Shown piece after piece: positions 25,510 to 37,679 of a stretch of DNA of 45,671 bases. Under the pieces are notes generated by a model that saw only the letters and a program-made list of their open reading frames with translations, ran no database searches and was not told the DNA's origin. The stretch spans positions 1 to 45,671 of the forward strand of contig JALJEE010001512.1 in NCBI GenBank assembly GCA_023231475.1. Direction: 5' to 3'. Each line of letters starts with the position of its first letter. Position 1 is the stretch's first letter. Source of the stretch: Seison nebaliae (Eukaryota). Both the position numbers and the translations under genes were made by a program.

Positions 25510-25995
25510 ATGTCGGAGTGGCAAACGGCCATTAGTCGTTCAACTGGCAAACGATACTTCTTCAATAAGGAAACTCATGTGAGTCAATGGGAGAAACCAG
25601 AAGGTGTGGAAATCACAATAAAATGTTCTCATATTTTATTGAAACATAAAGAATCAAGACGACCCTCATCGTGGCGACAACAAGAAATTACTAGAACGAA
25701 AGAAGAAGCGATTGAAAAATTGAAAGGTTTCCAACGATCTCTTTGATGTTTCTTTATATGAAATGGATTTGAAGAGTTACGTTATTTAATAACGACGAAG
25801 AATGTGGATTTTGGACATTTGGCCAAAGCAGTCAGCGATTGTCGCTCACATGATCAAAGTGGTTCATTAGGTGAATTTGGTCGAGGTGAAATGCAGAAAC
25901 CGTTTGAAGACGCTGCATTCGCTTTAGCTATTGGAGAGTTATCCGAAATTGTTGATACGGAATCTGGAGTTCATTTAATTCTTCGAACTGGTTGA
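25510..25995 (+). CDS. PIN1: Peptidyl-prolyl cis-trans isomerase Pin1 (WW + parvulin), 145 aa
   Basis: Exons 25510-25726 and 25775-25995. WW domain ([18 protein letters not shown]), [42 protein letters not shown] and [11 protein letters not shown]. Confidence 0.97.
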
Positions 25996-26072
25996 GAGAA
26001 GATGAAAACATTTAAAAATATTTTATTAAATATCCAAAATATCTTCTCCATTTTTTTCTATTATATATATAA

Positions 26073-27793
26073 TCAATTTTTTGGTTGATTATATTGTGCC
26101 GTTTTTATTCGATTTTTCATTAACTACAAACAAACATATCGAAATTTTGATGAAGCAAATATTCCAATAGTCGAAAAAGATATAATTGAAATAGATGAAG
26201 TGGAAGAAGAGAAAAATGATCTAACTGAAATCATTTTTTTTTGACGAGTTTGATGATTTCTCATATATTCTTCCAATTCGTCGAAATTGGCGATAAATGA
26301 TCTTATCTTTTTCGAATTCTTCTTCTCTTCTTTATCTTTTGTCAATTTTTCCTTTTTTGTCATTATCACATCTTCTCCATCCATTTCATCATCCACACCT
26401 GCTTGCTCACTCTCACCCGATTTTCTCCATTGATCCTTTTTCTTTTCTCGAAATTTCTGATAAGATCCTTCAAATTCTTCTACATCAACCACTTCTTTTA
26501 ACGGAAATGGGTAATTATCTTCACATTCATCGAAATATGTCATATAACGGAACATTCTTTTTGTAGTCGGTTCATTTCGTTTACGACTATCAAATAATTA
26601 GGAAATTTGAGAAATGGAATGAATATGAATAACGTTTCATTTATTTTGTTTCCTGTTTCTTCTGTTGAATCTCTAACGAATGAGATTCTTGATATATCAT
26701 TATCATTATCGTTACCATCATCATTTATTAATGATTTTTTCGAATTCACATCTTCTTTCGGTAAGATGATATCGGTAACTTTCTGATTATACCAATCTTC
26801 TACCGGTTCTGTTAACGATTCATAAATTTCATCTAAAATTCAAATAAATTACAACGATGAAATATCGAAAGAAGAAAATTGTGGAAAAAAAAACTGAATT
26901 TATCATTCGATTTCTTCTCAATATTCTTCTCATTTTCTGACGGTTGAGAATTTGAAGAGTTTTCAGTTGATTGAGATGCGAGAGAGAATCCAAATTTAAA
27001 ATCTTCTTCACTCTTAATGGAAATAGCCAATGGATTGTTGACGACGACTTTCATTTTTTTATTTGATCCATTTTCTTCCGATTTTCCTTTTTTCTTTTTT
27101 CTCTTTTGATTCTTTTTCGAAGAATTCTCATCATTCATCGATTGTTTTTCTTCTACTTTTTTCTGATTCAAATTAAATTGTTGGAGAAGTGGATCAAATC
27201 GATTCATTGGTGTCATTGATTTCGAATTGACTTTCTTCTTCATCTTTTTCATTTCACTTCCACTAATTTCACTCATCATCTTTAAAGACGATTCATTCTC
27301 TTCATGAATCTCTTCATCTATATCTTTCTCTAACGAAATAATAATTCAATTTCGATAAATTGAAGATGAAACCTGATTCATCAACAATTTTATGATTTTC
27401 CAAGAAACTTTTCGTCAACTTAAAACGGGAATCGAATCCAATTTTATTTTGAAGTTCCATCATCTTCTGTCCGTCCTCTATTGACATTTTTTTATTTTCA
27501 TTCGTTTTTTCCGATATTTTATCACGAAAATTATCTTCCTCTTCATCATCATCATCATTGAATAATTGTTTCTTGTTATTTGAATTACATTCTTCTTTCA
27601 TCTCTTCATCCTCAGAATCGAATTTCATATGATTCTTCTTAAAATTTTGCTGAAATTATTTAATTAGTTCAATCAAATAAAATGAATGAAAGACAACTGG
27701 CTCATTTAATAAACTATTGATTACATTCTTTCTTTCATTAATCTCATCATTAACTAATTTTAGTTTGTTCAACCGTATTTTATTCGAATCCAT
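26073..27793 (-). CDS. NOL8: NOL8-like nucleolar protein (~472 aa), C-terminal conserved region only
   Basis: Exons 27793-27698, 27649-27373, 27329-26895, 26832-26634, 26586-26226 and 26123-26073. DSNKIRL.., HMKFDSEDE, LFNDDDD, GQKMMELQNKIGFDSRFKLTKSFLE and RFDP resemble NOL8 (GQKLMDLQSHFGTDDRFRMDSRFLE). Family assignment is from recalled motif similarity. Confidence 0.7.
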
Positions 27794-28141
27794 CTTTTCA
27801 TGGACTTCTTTCTTGAGCTAACAAATTCAAAAATTCAACTACAGACAAATTTATAATTATTTTCAATTTTTTTTTATATTAAATTATTAAAAGTTCTTCA
27901 TATCCGTTGACTAGGGGACGATAAATTCCAAAATAAATATATTTAATAAAATTCCTAAAAAAAATCGATTTAATAAAATTCAAATGGAAATTTATCGAAT
28001 AAAATTCAAAAGAAAATTGATAAATGATAAATGAAGATGGATAAATTTAATAATTTATTAAGATTAAATTTTATGAGTAGAAATTAGTTGTCGAAAATGA
28101 ACATTTAAATAAATTGAGATTAATCTAATCGTTAAAATAAA

Positions 28142-28447
28142 TTACCACCACATTCCACCGAATCCATACCAGGAACTGTAATAAGGAGCATAGTAGCTCA
28201 TGTATGGTGAATAGTATCCACCCCACCATCGTTTCTCCATTTTCTTCTCAACTTTGTCTTCCGTTTTCTCAATTTCCTTGATTAATTGCACTTTATCTTC
28301 TTTAATTATCTTCATTTCCTTCATTGCTTCCTCTAATTGATCAGTGAACTTCTCCAATCGTTGTTGCGTTTCAGCGTTGGTTTGCGGTCGGCACATACCA
28401 AGGGCGACTAATGCGAAAATCGACAAAATGATCAATGACAATTTCAT
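28142..28447 (-). CDS. Secreted peptide precursor (101 aa): signal peptide, charged helical pro-region, KR site, mature WWGGYYSPYMSYYAPYYSSWYGFGGMWW
   Basis: Clear signal peptide MKLSLIILSIFALVALGMC. A single KR precedes a compositionally distinct 28-aa tail. Intronless, with an upstream TATA box. Confidence 0.88.
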   Translation of the reverse strand: MKLSLIILSIFALVALGMCRPQTNAETQQRLEKFTDQLEEAMKEMKIIKEDKVQLIKEIEKTEDKVEKKMEKRWWGGYYSPYMSYYAPYYSSWYGFGGMWW

Positions 28448-28535
28448 GATTAATTATAATTGTTTGGAAGGAAATAAGATGTTGAAATGTTTCTGATGAA
28501 TGAATGTGGATGAGTAATCATGAAAATGTTCTCGT

Positions 28536-28542
28536 TTTTATA
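28536..28542 (-). promoter_or_regulatory. Candidate TATA box of the W/Y/G-rich peptide gene
   Basis: Minus-strand CTACTATAAAAACG about 90 nt upstream of the ATG. Confidence 0.45.
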
Positions 28543-28889
28543 GTAGGAATTCCTTCAGCACAAATCGTTCGATATGTAAAAAACTATCTTCGAAACCTAT
28601 TGACAAGTCCCTTCTTTTAACAATTTTCCCTTTAACTTCTCATCTTTTTTAACATTTCTCCCAAAATTTCCTCCCTTTATTCGTCAAATTTTTCATGAAT
28701 TCAATATAGTTTTTCACTTTTTTTATTTTCATTAAAATTTCCGTTCGGTTTTAAAATGTATCTCTTTCGTACAAGTTTTCTGATAGTATCATCGAGAGTA
28801 TCATAATTAATTTGTGGATTATTTTTGATTTGTAGAAAAGAATTAGAGAAGAAATATAATTTTTATTGACAATTATCCTAAATTCTTTT

Positions 28890-30561
28890 CTACGGTTTAA
28901 TATTGAGACATGGGAATGGAATCTTGTTTGATGGAATTAGAGGAAAGGAATCGTATTTGTCTGATGGTGAATTTGATGGAATGACTCGTCCTAATGATTG
29001 CTTCGAACAAAATTCTTCAAGTATTTCGTCAGAATAATTATTTTGGAATTCTGTCAACTGGAAAGAATAATTGAGTTTAATTGAAATAATTTAAGAGAAA
29101 CTGAAAAGCAATTTACATTGTCTCTACGATCAATTCCATACTGTCTGACGTTGTATCCGGGTAGTAATGGAAGTAGAATCATGAATTGAATATTCATCAA
29201 ATTCTTCTCACTTTCTCCATTTTGATGGAGAATTGGAATTAAAAAATTTGGTGGATAATTCTCATTTTTCACCAAATTTGTGTGATGATGTTGAAATTGT
29301 AGGAGGAAGTTATTAGGGAATTGTTCTAAATAATTTCTTTCTATTTTCAATGAAATAAATTTTTCACCGATATGACTCTGATGGTAAATGAAGAATATTG
29401 GAATGATTAATTCATGTATGATTGATGAATGTACAATTTTTATTTCTTTCGTCATTTTCATTTCATTGGAATTGATGTGAATGAATATCTTCCAATTTCC
29501 ATAAAATAAAAAATTAATTAAATTAATTAAAATAAAAAGAAACATTTTCATCTCGAATATCATTCAAAATAATTGTATGAAAATTCTTTATCGATTGGAC
29601 GGGTATTAGAAAAATTGTTGATTTTGAATATCGATTCACTTCGAATGATAAACTTCTCATTCGCTTCGACATGAAATACATATTCCTCCTCAAATCCAGT
29701 AAAAGTGTCATATAACCAAAATTTCTCGTACGATTGTGAGGAGATTGAGAGATTTGTTCGATTTCCAATATCGATAATTCATAATCGAATTGTCGTTTCT
29801 GATATTCTTTTTTTAAGGAGAAAGGAAATTGGAAAATTTTTCAAAATAATTTCAACTATGATGAATTGTTCCGATATATTCGGTAAGAAATGGATGAGAT
29901 ATCATATTGTAAATAATCACATCGTCACCACGACCAAATAATAAAATTAACTAGAATTGAATATATTGAAATTTGATTTTATTTGGAGACTAACACTCTT
30001 TATTAAATAATCATCTTTCTGAAATTTGATAATAAATTTCTCTTCCTGCCAATCCGACGATTTGCCAAGGATATCCAAGAAATTCTCCATATCATCTCCT
30101 TGAATAACGATTTTGAGAAGTTGATTATTCTCTCCTTTCACATTCTCCAAATCGATAACAATAATAGAATGAAAATGTAAAAGAATGATTCGAGAGAGAA
30201 ACTTTCGTCGTGAAACGGAATCGTTTATTCCAATTATTTTGGATATACAAATAACCAGATTGTTGAGGATTATCGCATATTATTCCAATCAAAATGAAAT
30301 CATTATGTAAATTAGATAATTCCTTCACTTTACATATGTCGGATAACATCAAATTTATTGGGCGGCAATATGTGTATTTTGATTTTAAGGAACATAATCG
30401 TTTCCCGAATAGGAGAAAGAAGAAGATAAATGAACAATGATCAGAAATAGGTAGAGAAATGATGAACAAGATAAATTGTCTAGTGACTTACAGGTAATTC
30501 TTCCGATATTCCCCAATAAAAATGAACTGCAAATTACCAGATATGGAAACAACAAAATCAT
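28890..30561 (-). CDS. Orphan multi-exon, probably secreted protein (about 7 exons); unknown function
   Basis: ATG at 30561 gives the signal-like MILLFPYLVICSSFLLGNIG. ORFs 30125-30469, 29947-30150, 29523-29768 and 29054-29563 join in phase through short GT..AG introns to a last exon ending CLNIKP-TAG at 28890. The first acceptor is ambiguous and I recognise no homology. Confidence 0.55.
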
Positions 30562-33500
30562 TCTTCCTTTAATGTAACAAATGTATTTTTTATAGGTTTA
30601 AATTTCCCCCAAATGTCTACGTGACACTTGTTAGTCATCGTAGAAAATTGAAAGAAAACGGAAATAAACTTTGAACTTTTCTAAAAATTCTTTTTTGCGA
30701 TGTCATTTAATTCGGAATAATTCGAAGAAAAAATCTCACACAACGAAAGTCTCGACCTAAGGCTTACGTTAACTCCATTTTTGCCACTTCCTCTCCACTT
30801 TTCTAATTCCTGCGAGTCAATTTTCATTCGAATCACTTAACTTTCTCTCGGTGATGAGGAGAATGGACAAGTAGGAATTCCAATTGGCACATCTGAGTTG
30901 CATTGTAATTCTCTTAATTTTCCTATTCTACTCATATATTTTATGTTTTAGTTATGATTCGTTCATTCTTTGTGAAATTATGTATTATACATAATATGTA
31001 ATCAATAACTAACAAATTGTAAGTAACAATGTCTTTTTTCCACTTCATTCTCACTTTTAAGGGAGATTTCAGATTGATTTACTTTAAAATAAATTTTATG
31101 TTTTTCATTTGGGCAAATGAGATTTATTCGATTTCCATATAAAATAATCCGGAAAAGAATTTGCATGTGGAAAGAAACATTGTTATCTCTATTTATTGTG
31201 CTAAGTTTATGAACAGTTTGATTTCATCCAATTTCACCAAGTTCAATTGATTAATATAATACAGTTATGTCATTTTTATGATATATATATGTTCGTATGT
31301 TTCATGTTTCGTTCATGTAGGACATTGAGAGGATTCGTGTTCATAGTGAGAATGGGGAAGGAGGAGAAGATTTGATGAGTATCGTTCCGAATCGATAACA
31401 TGTTATTTAATGATATGCTTCGACTAATAAAAAGACGATTTGGACATATGGCGATTAGTAAGCAGTTCAATTAATTCCATGTCGTAGTTGGAAATATTTG
31501 ACGTGCTAATTTCTCTATTGGCACTATTTATACAGTGTATTATAATGATTGTGTAATGTGAAATGAATGGAAGGTAAGAAGACTTCATCTGATATTCACA
31601 TCAAAATGGATAATCGTTATCGTCTCTATGTAGATGAGAGAAGGACGACTAATTTTCCACACGAATTTACTAACATCATTCAATAATCGGGCAAATGTCT
31701 TATCCTTTACCCTCTTTATTATTCCTGTTAATTAATTGATTTTTCCTGTTTCTCCTTTCACTGGTTGGGAGAAAGAACTATTAGAAAGGATGGTCTATTC
31801 GAATCGTGAACGAGGAGCGAAATGTGTCTTCAATTGAGTGACGACTATGGAATAGACATAGTGAAAAAAAATGAATTGATTTTCTTCTTTTCATGCTCAT
31901 CCTCTTCATTCGAATAATTACTTTTCCAACTACAAAGTCTCTCCTCCGTTTTCTTGATATTGCTCCTTTGCTTATTTGGGGAGTATAATGTGCAACCTTA
32001 CTTTCCTGTTTCGTGCTCTCGACATTATTTATTTATAATTAACTTCTCTTGCTTTTCTTATTCGTCTTTAGATTTGTACTTTCTCCTTCATCATTCCCAG
32101 GGATTCTTATCGTCATTCCTAATCCAAAGTAGTTGACATAATTCGTTAACCGATATCAATTCAGAACGAACAGTTAAGTGGAGGAGAGAGTGACCATGTC
32201 CCAACTTCTATATCATTCGTCCATTATAACGACAAGACCGGATAGGCAAGGTCTAGACCTCAAATTAATAATGTTAATTAATTATACGGCTCTTAATTAA
32301 GTATTTAATTAATTTAATCGTCTTAATTACATATCACTAATTTTATGTTATTATTAATTATATATTACATGTATGATGAGATTATGGAAATTTCGGAAGA
32401 TTATGGAAGAAAAAGTTAATTATATGATTTGTGCACAATTGATGCACAATTAGTACACAATCAATTATCGATCGACAAATCTTGTCATATCTATCAATTA
32501 TCGTACATGAATCATGAAATAATAATGATTGTTCACATTCCATTCTCTTCTCTGAACTCGCTCTCCACCTTGGACTGTTTGACAGAATGTAATAGATATG
32601 AGATTTGATTCATTTGATGGAATTTCCTTCTCAACATTCTTCCATTCCACTAATATGGAAGAAAGGACTTTCTCTTGTAAGTTTGACATCGAATGAAACC
32701 AGCTGGATGAAGACGTCCTTCATTTTCACAACTAATGCCTTTGCCTATCGGTTGGCATGGACATCAATTTCATTTGCACTACTGTTGCACATGAATTCTT
32801 CCATGAGAGAGGAATAGTATTAACTTATATGGAATGTTGGTATATGTGCTTTCTATTTATTTGATACTCCTCCAAACTTCCATTGAATGGGGAGTGGAAG
32901 AAGAAGAAATCAAAGAAGATTAATTCATTTCATGCGAAAGATAAAATATTAATTTATATTTCTTCTAATTAATTTTTGGTCATCAATAAAAAATGGAAAT
33001 GTTCTCACTTTTATTCTTACCAAAAAATTCTATTCTGATCAAATCTCATTGTGTCAATTCTTGTTAGTACTCCAGTTAGTAATCTAACCAATCGATGCTT
33101 GATAAGTTAATAGAATTCTCAAAGATACTTATTTCACCAGTCTAAAGGAAACATTAACCTTGATCCTTGTTTGGAGGAACATCAACATTTCTCCTTATGT
33201 TTGTCATCATTTCTATCTCTCACAACCTTACCACTCTAGCACTGTCCATTCATTTACTTTTTTCCCTCATAGTTCTCTTATTGAATTACGTATGGATGAG
33301 GGAGATCAGAACAGCAACATTCTATCCCCAACTCATTCTCAAACTCACAATTTAAAATACGAATATGACTCTCCTTCCTTCCTAATTATATTAAGTAAAA
33401 CTACATATCCCATTTCGATTTACATCTTCAACAAATCGACTATTTTCACTCGCCAGACCAATACTCTCCATTATCTCCAATGAATGGATAATAATTTCGT

Positions 33501-36500
33501 AAGAAATCCCTAGGAAAACCATCGGCAAAACCATCTGTATACGATAATCCATTCGATCTTTTAAATGTTTTTTTAAGTTCGCTTCTAACAACGAAAAACA
33601 CACCAAACTTCTATTTAGAAAACTTCTTATAAATCAATTTTTAATCCCAAAAAAAAATATCTACAAATTCGTTCGCCATTGAAAATATTATGTAAAGAAT
33701 GGATGAAACCAATGTTATTATGGAAAATAGAAAAATTTTAATTTGAACTTAATGAAAATAAATAATCATTCATAACATTGCCATTGTTTTTCTTTTCCCA
33801 TTCCTTCTTTCTCTTCTCTAAATTCAAGTCGATTTCTCAATTCGATAATTTCTTCCTTCTAATTCGCCGTTCCGATGCTCCGTTCCAATGCGCATTATGC
33901 ATGCAATATAACCAGATAAACATTTTCCCAAGTCACTTCACAAATCTCGATTGAATATATCAGATGAAACAAATAGGAGAACGAACATTCTCTCCCCTCC
34001 GTCCCCGTCCATTGTCATAGAAACATAAGCTTGTTGTCTATTGATGAATAGTTATATAAGTAATTCGTCTTATTTGCTTATTTATTCTTCACTTTTATGA
34101 AATTGCCAATCGATGACTTAGATTCCCTTCCTCTCTTCTCCCCCGACCAATCCTACAATCGCCTTCAATTGTTCCACTCTCATAATAATAAACAATAAGA
34201 AATTTTTGCGCAGAATTAAAGGAATGAATAGGAGATTTTTCTATGTTTATTGTTAAAATAATATTATGTAACAGTCGAATTTTCAATATTTCTGACAAAC
34301 GGATATAAGATAATTGATGACTAGCATTAAGAAAATCCTCTTCCAATTATCTTCCATTCATGTGTAAATTTCTCAAATGTACTTCGTTTACGTTAATTTC
34401 CTTCGCAATATTTCTATCCTCCGTTATTCCGGTTCGCAAATGTAAAATGATCATCATCATCATCATGTTTCTTAAATGATATTGAATCAGTCGAATAAGT
34501 TTAATGGACATTCATTCCTCACCATTCGCTTCTTCCTATCAGAAGAATGATAGAATTATTGGTTTTAAGAAGAACATTCATGAAAAATATTTTTTAAGCA
34601 AATAAGCATGCTAAACAAATAATTGGTGGAATAAACAAAAAGTTTAGTCGTTTCTTCCGGTTCCATTCCTCTACTTAATGTAACATTGGTCAATTGGGAG
34701 GAATGTAGTTATGGTGAAATGTTCTTTTGCTTTTGGATTATCCAGAAAATGGACAAGTTTGTTCCATCATTGTAAATATAATGGAAATGGATAATTGTAG
34801 AAATATCGATCTACATCGTTTTCCAAGGTCGATCATGTGCAAGAGTGCAAAAGTAATATTTCTTTAATCAATTTCTCTTTTAAATTTCCTTTAATTAATA
34901 TCCATAAACTTTCATCGTTCAGGAAACGGCTCAATTAATCGATTCACACCTCAACTTTCTCATTTGTTTACATCTTTTAAACAATTATTTTTGAAAGTTA
35001 TTTCATTAGAAAAATATCATTCACATTTGGTCATACTTCTCCAACTATTCTCTCAATTTCCCGTAAAATCTCGTTCAATAATCTCCAACGTATTTTTTTC
35101 TCATTTTTTATTTCTATACCTTAAAAATTCTTCTAATTATTATTAGTTTAAGCATATATATTTTATTAAATTTTATCAAACTGAAAAAAGGAAGACTGGA
35201 GAAGTAGTTGTTGTCTTACTGATATTAAGAGAGATAACAAAAGAAAATGATGTAAAAGAAAAGGAGGACCCAAGTAAATTTCGTAATAAAATTTTTTCTG
35301 GGTCTTTTCTGAAGGAAAGTGTGTTGTATTGATAAAGATTCTTCGTATGTTTCGTTAGTCATCTCGTTTTTCTTAAATAATCAAACATTGAATACTCGTA
35401 TGAATTTAGGAAGATCATTCGATATTGTTCTTATCGCTGTTGTGAGGGAGTATGTTTACCTTTCTCTTCTGAAAAACATTGAGAGGAAAAAGATGGAATA
35501 GGAACAAAAGAGAATTATTTTTTAAATGATCAACAGACGAGATGCCAAAAAATAGCAGACGGACCATTTCGGGTATCTTTCAACATACTAAACATTTGAT
35601 GGGGAAATGAAATGATGATTTTAGTGTTTCAACTGAAGGAACAATTATATTCAATGACATTATCATTATCCCGATGACTATTGTGTCATGTTTGTTTGAA
35701 TCGATGAAAAAAAAAGTAGAAGGAAATTCGACCATTCATATTTAACCGTGTGCCACTTATCTCTCATACAAATGTCTCTATTTTAAGGTTTCCAATTTGA
35801 AATAATAAATTAATTGTTGTCTACATAAAACGGGGACAACAACAAAATGAGTAGAGGACAATTCGTCAGTAGTTTTGAAACCGAAAAAAAATTATTTAAG
35901 TCTAATAATATTTATTTTCTATATTTTCCTGTATAATCATCCTCATGTCGTAGGATGATCTTGTCTGATTTGGTAATGTGGCGACTCTTTTGTCGGATGA
36001 ATTTTTCGCTCTTTCTCCATAGGAGACATCCGATCAATTATGGACATGGAGGATTTGTCAACGATTTTTGAGTTCATTTTATGAGGAGACTATAAAAATC
36101 TTCACGAATGATTGAAATATGGAAATCGAACAACATTATCCAGTTGAGGCAATTTATTTCCAGAGGTTTTTTAAGGATAAAGTTTTTTGTGGTGGAAGTG
36201 TGTGAAGTGTGATGGAAGGAAAGAATTCACCAATTTAATTATCGTTTATTTCCATTCTCAATTTAGCTATTCATAAGTAAATGTCCTGTAAATTTATCTA
36301 CATACGACATAGCATTTCCGACATTTATCGAACGATGTCGTTATCAAATACACACCGGATGATATACAAGGGTCTCCTCTAATAATTGATGAGAAAATTT
36401 ACTTTCTTTCTCTATTGGAAACGACAAACTGTAAATTCCACTGTATGAGAGAAAGGTTCGATGGAAATAATTCGAAGAGAATAATGTCTCATTTACATCA

Positions 36501-37679
36501 AACGCCGGAACGGAAGACGATGCTCTACTTCCAGACATTGTCATAGATGCTTTTTTGACATTTATCGCTCATATTATCAATAATCAACCATCGACTAATC
36601 AATGTTTTGAGTGGGCTAATAGTGTAATTGTTGTGTATAATTAATAATGAGAGAAACATTTCTTCCCCAAAAGTATATTTTCACAACTGTTTCTGTTTTT
36701 CTTCAAGCATATTATTTGTTTCACTGAAAACCTTTTTGATCGATATGAAGCTACTGAAAGTTTTTCAATAAATTTCTCGGATGAGAAAGTAAAATATGAA
36801 GAGAAAGATAATTATTTTAATAAATATTTTCGTCAAAATATTCTTTTTGAATTAAATCATTTTTAAAAAAATTTTTCTACCGGATTTTTTATCCCAAACA
36901 ATTTTTCGAAAGTTTTCTTTAATTTTAATATCGTACAAATTAATTTGATATTAGTGTTGATAAAAATAAATTAAATAAATCTCTAAATATCTACGTATGT
37001 GTATGTGAGGGTAGATATAGATCTCCTTTGGACGAATGGATGTATGGGAATATATTAGGTATATAAACAGAAACAATTAAATGGTAAAAGAGTTAACTCT
37101 AGTTAGTTGAGAAGACTAACTTGTAAATGTCTTTCAAGTTTGAACGACTGATATGTATATGTGGGCGTTTCTTTAACACGTGGAGATGGATGGATCGATC
37201 GATCGTTTTCGATAGTAAGACGGAAAATGATTATTAATAAAAGAGTGAATTTATTGAATTGAAATGAATGTATGAAAAATTTTCATTGAAAATGTTATTT
37301 AGACTATCGATATTGATGTAAGTAAATGAATGTTCTTGAAAGTATTATGAGAGAAAGATGAGTATGTTACGACATGTTGAATTGACCGTCATCCATTTGT
37401 ATACAGAATTCGATTTGTAGATGGGAAATTGAGATTTGGAGGAGGTCGCCATATTTGAATGTTTAGTTTTATTACTACTCCGGTTCAACCACACTGACAA
37501 ACATATGAGAAGAGATTTCGATTGGAATTCTTTCGACCAAACACTAATCTCTCGACTCTTCATTTCCGAAGGTTGGAGATCGATTAGGATCGACATCACT
37601 CTACAACAATAAGAGGAAATAAATTCTCTTGCATCTTATCGAATCATCAATAAATTATTTGAACGATTTACACCATAAA

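Noticed and set aside
32698..32756. miR-133-like hairpin (CCAGCTGG 5' arm)
   Set aside because: The 3' arm lacks the TTGGTCC seed and pairing is mostly G-U with a large bulge.
35189..35245. miR-7-like sequence GGAAGACTGGAGAAGTAGTTGTTGT
   Set aside because: No complementary star arm for the seed half; only a short local stem.
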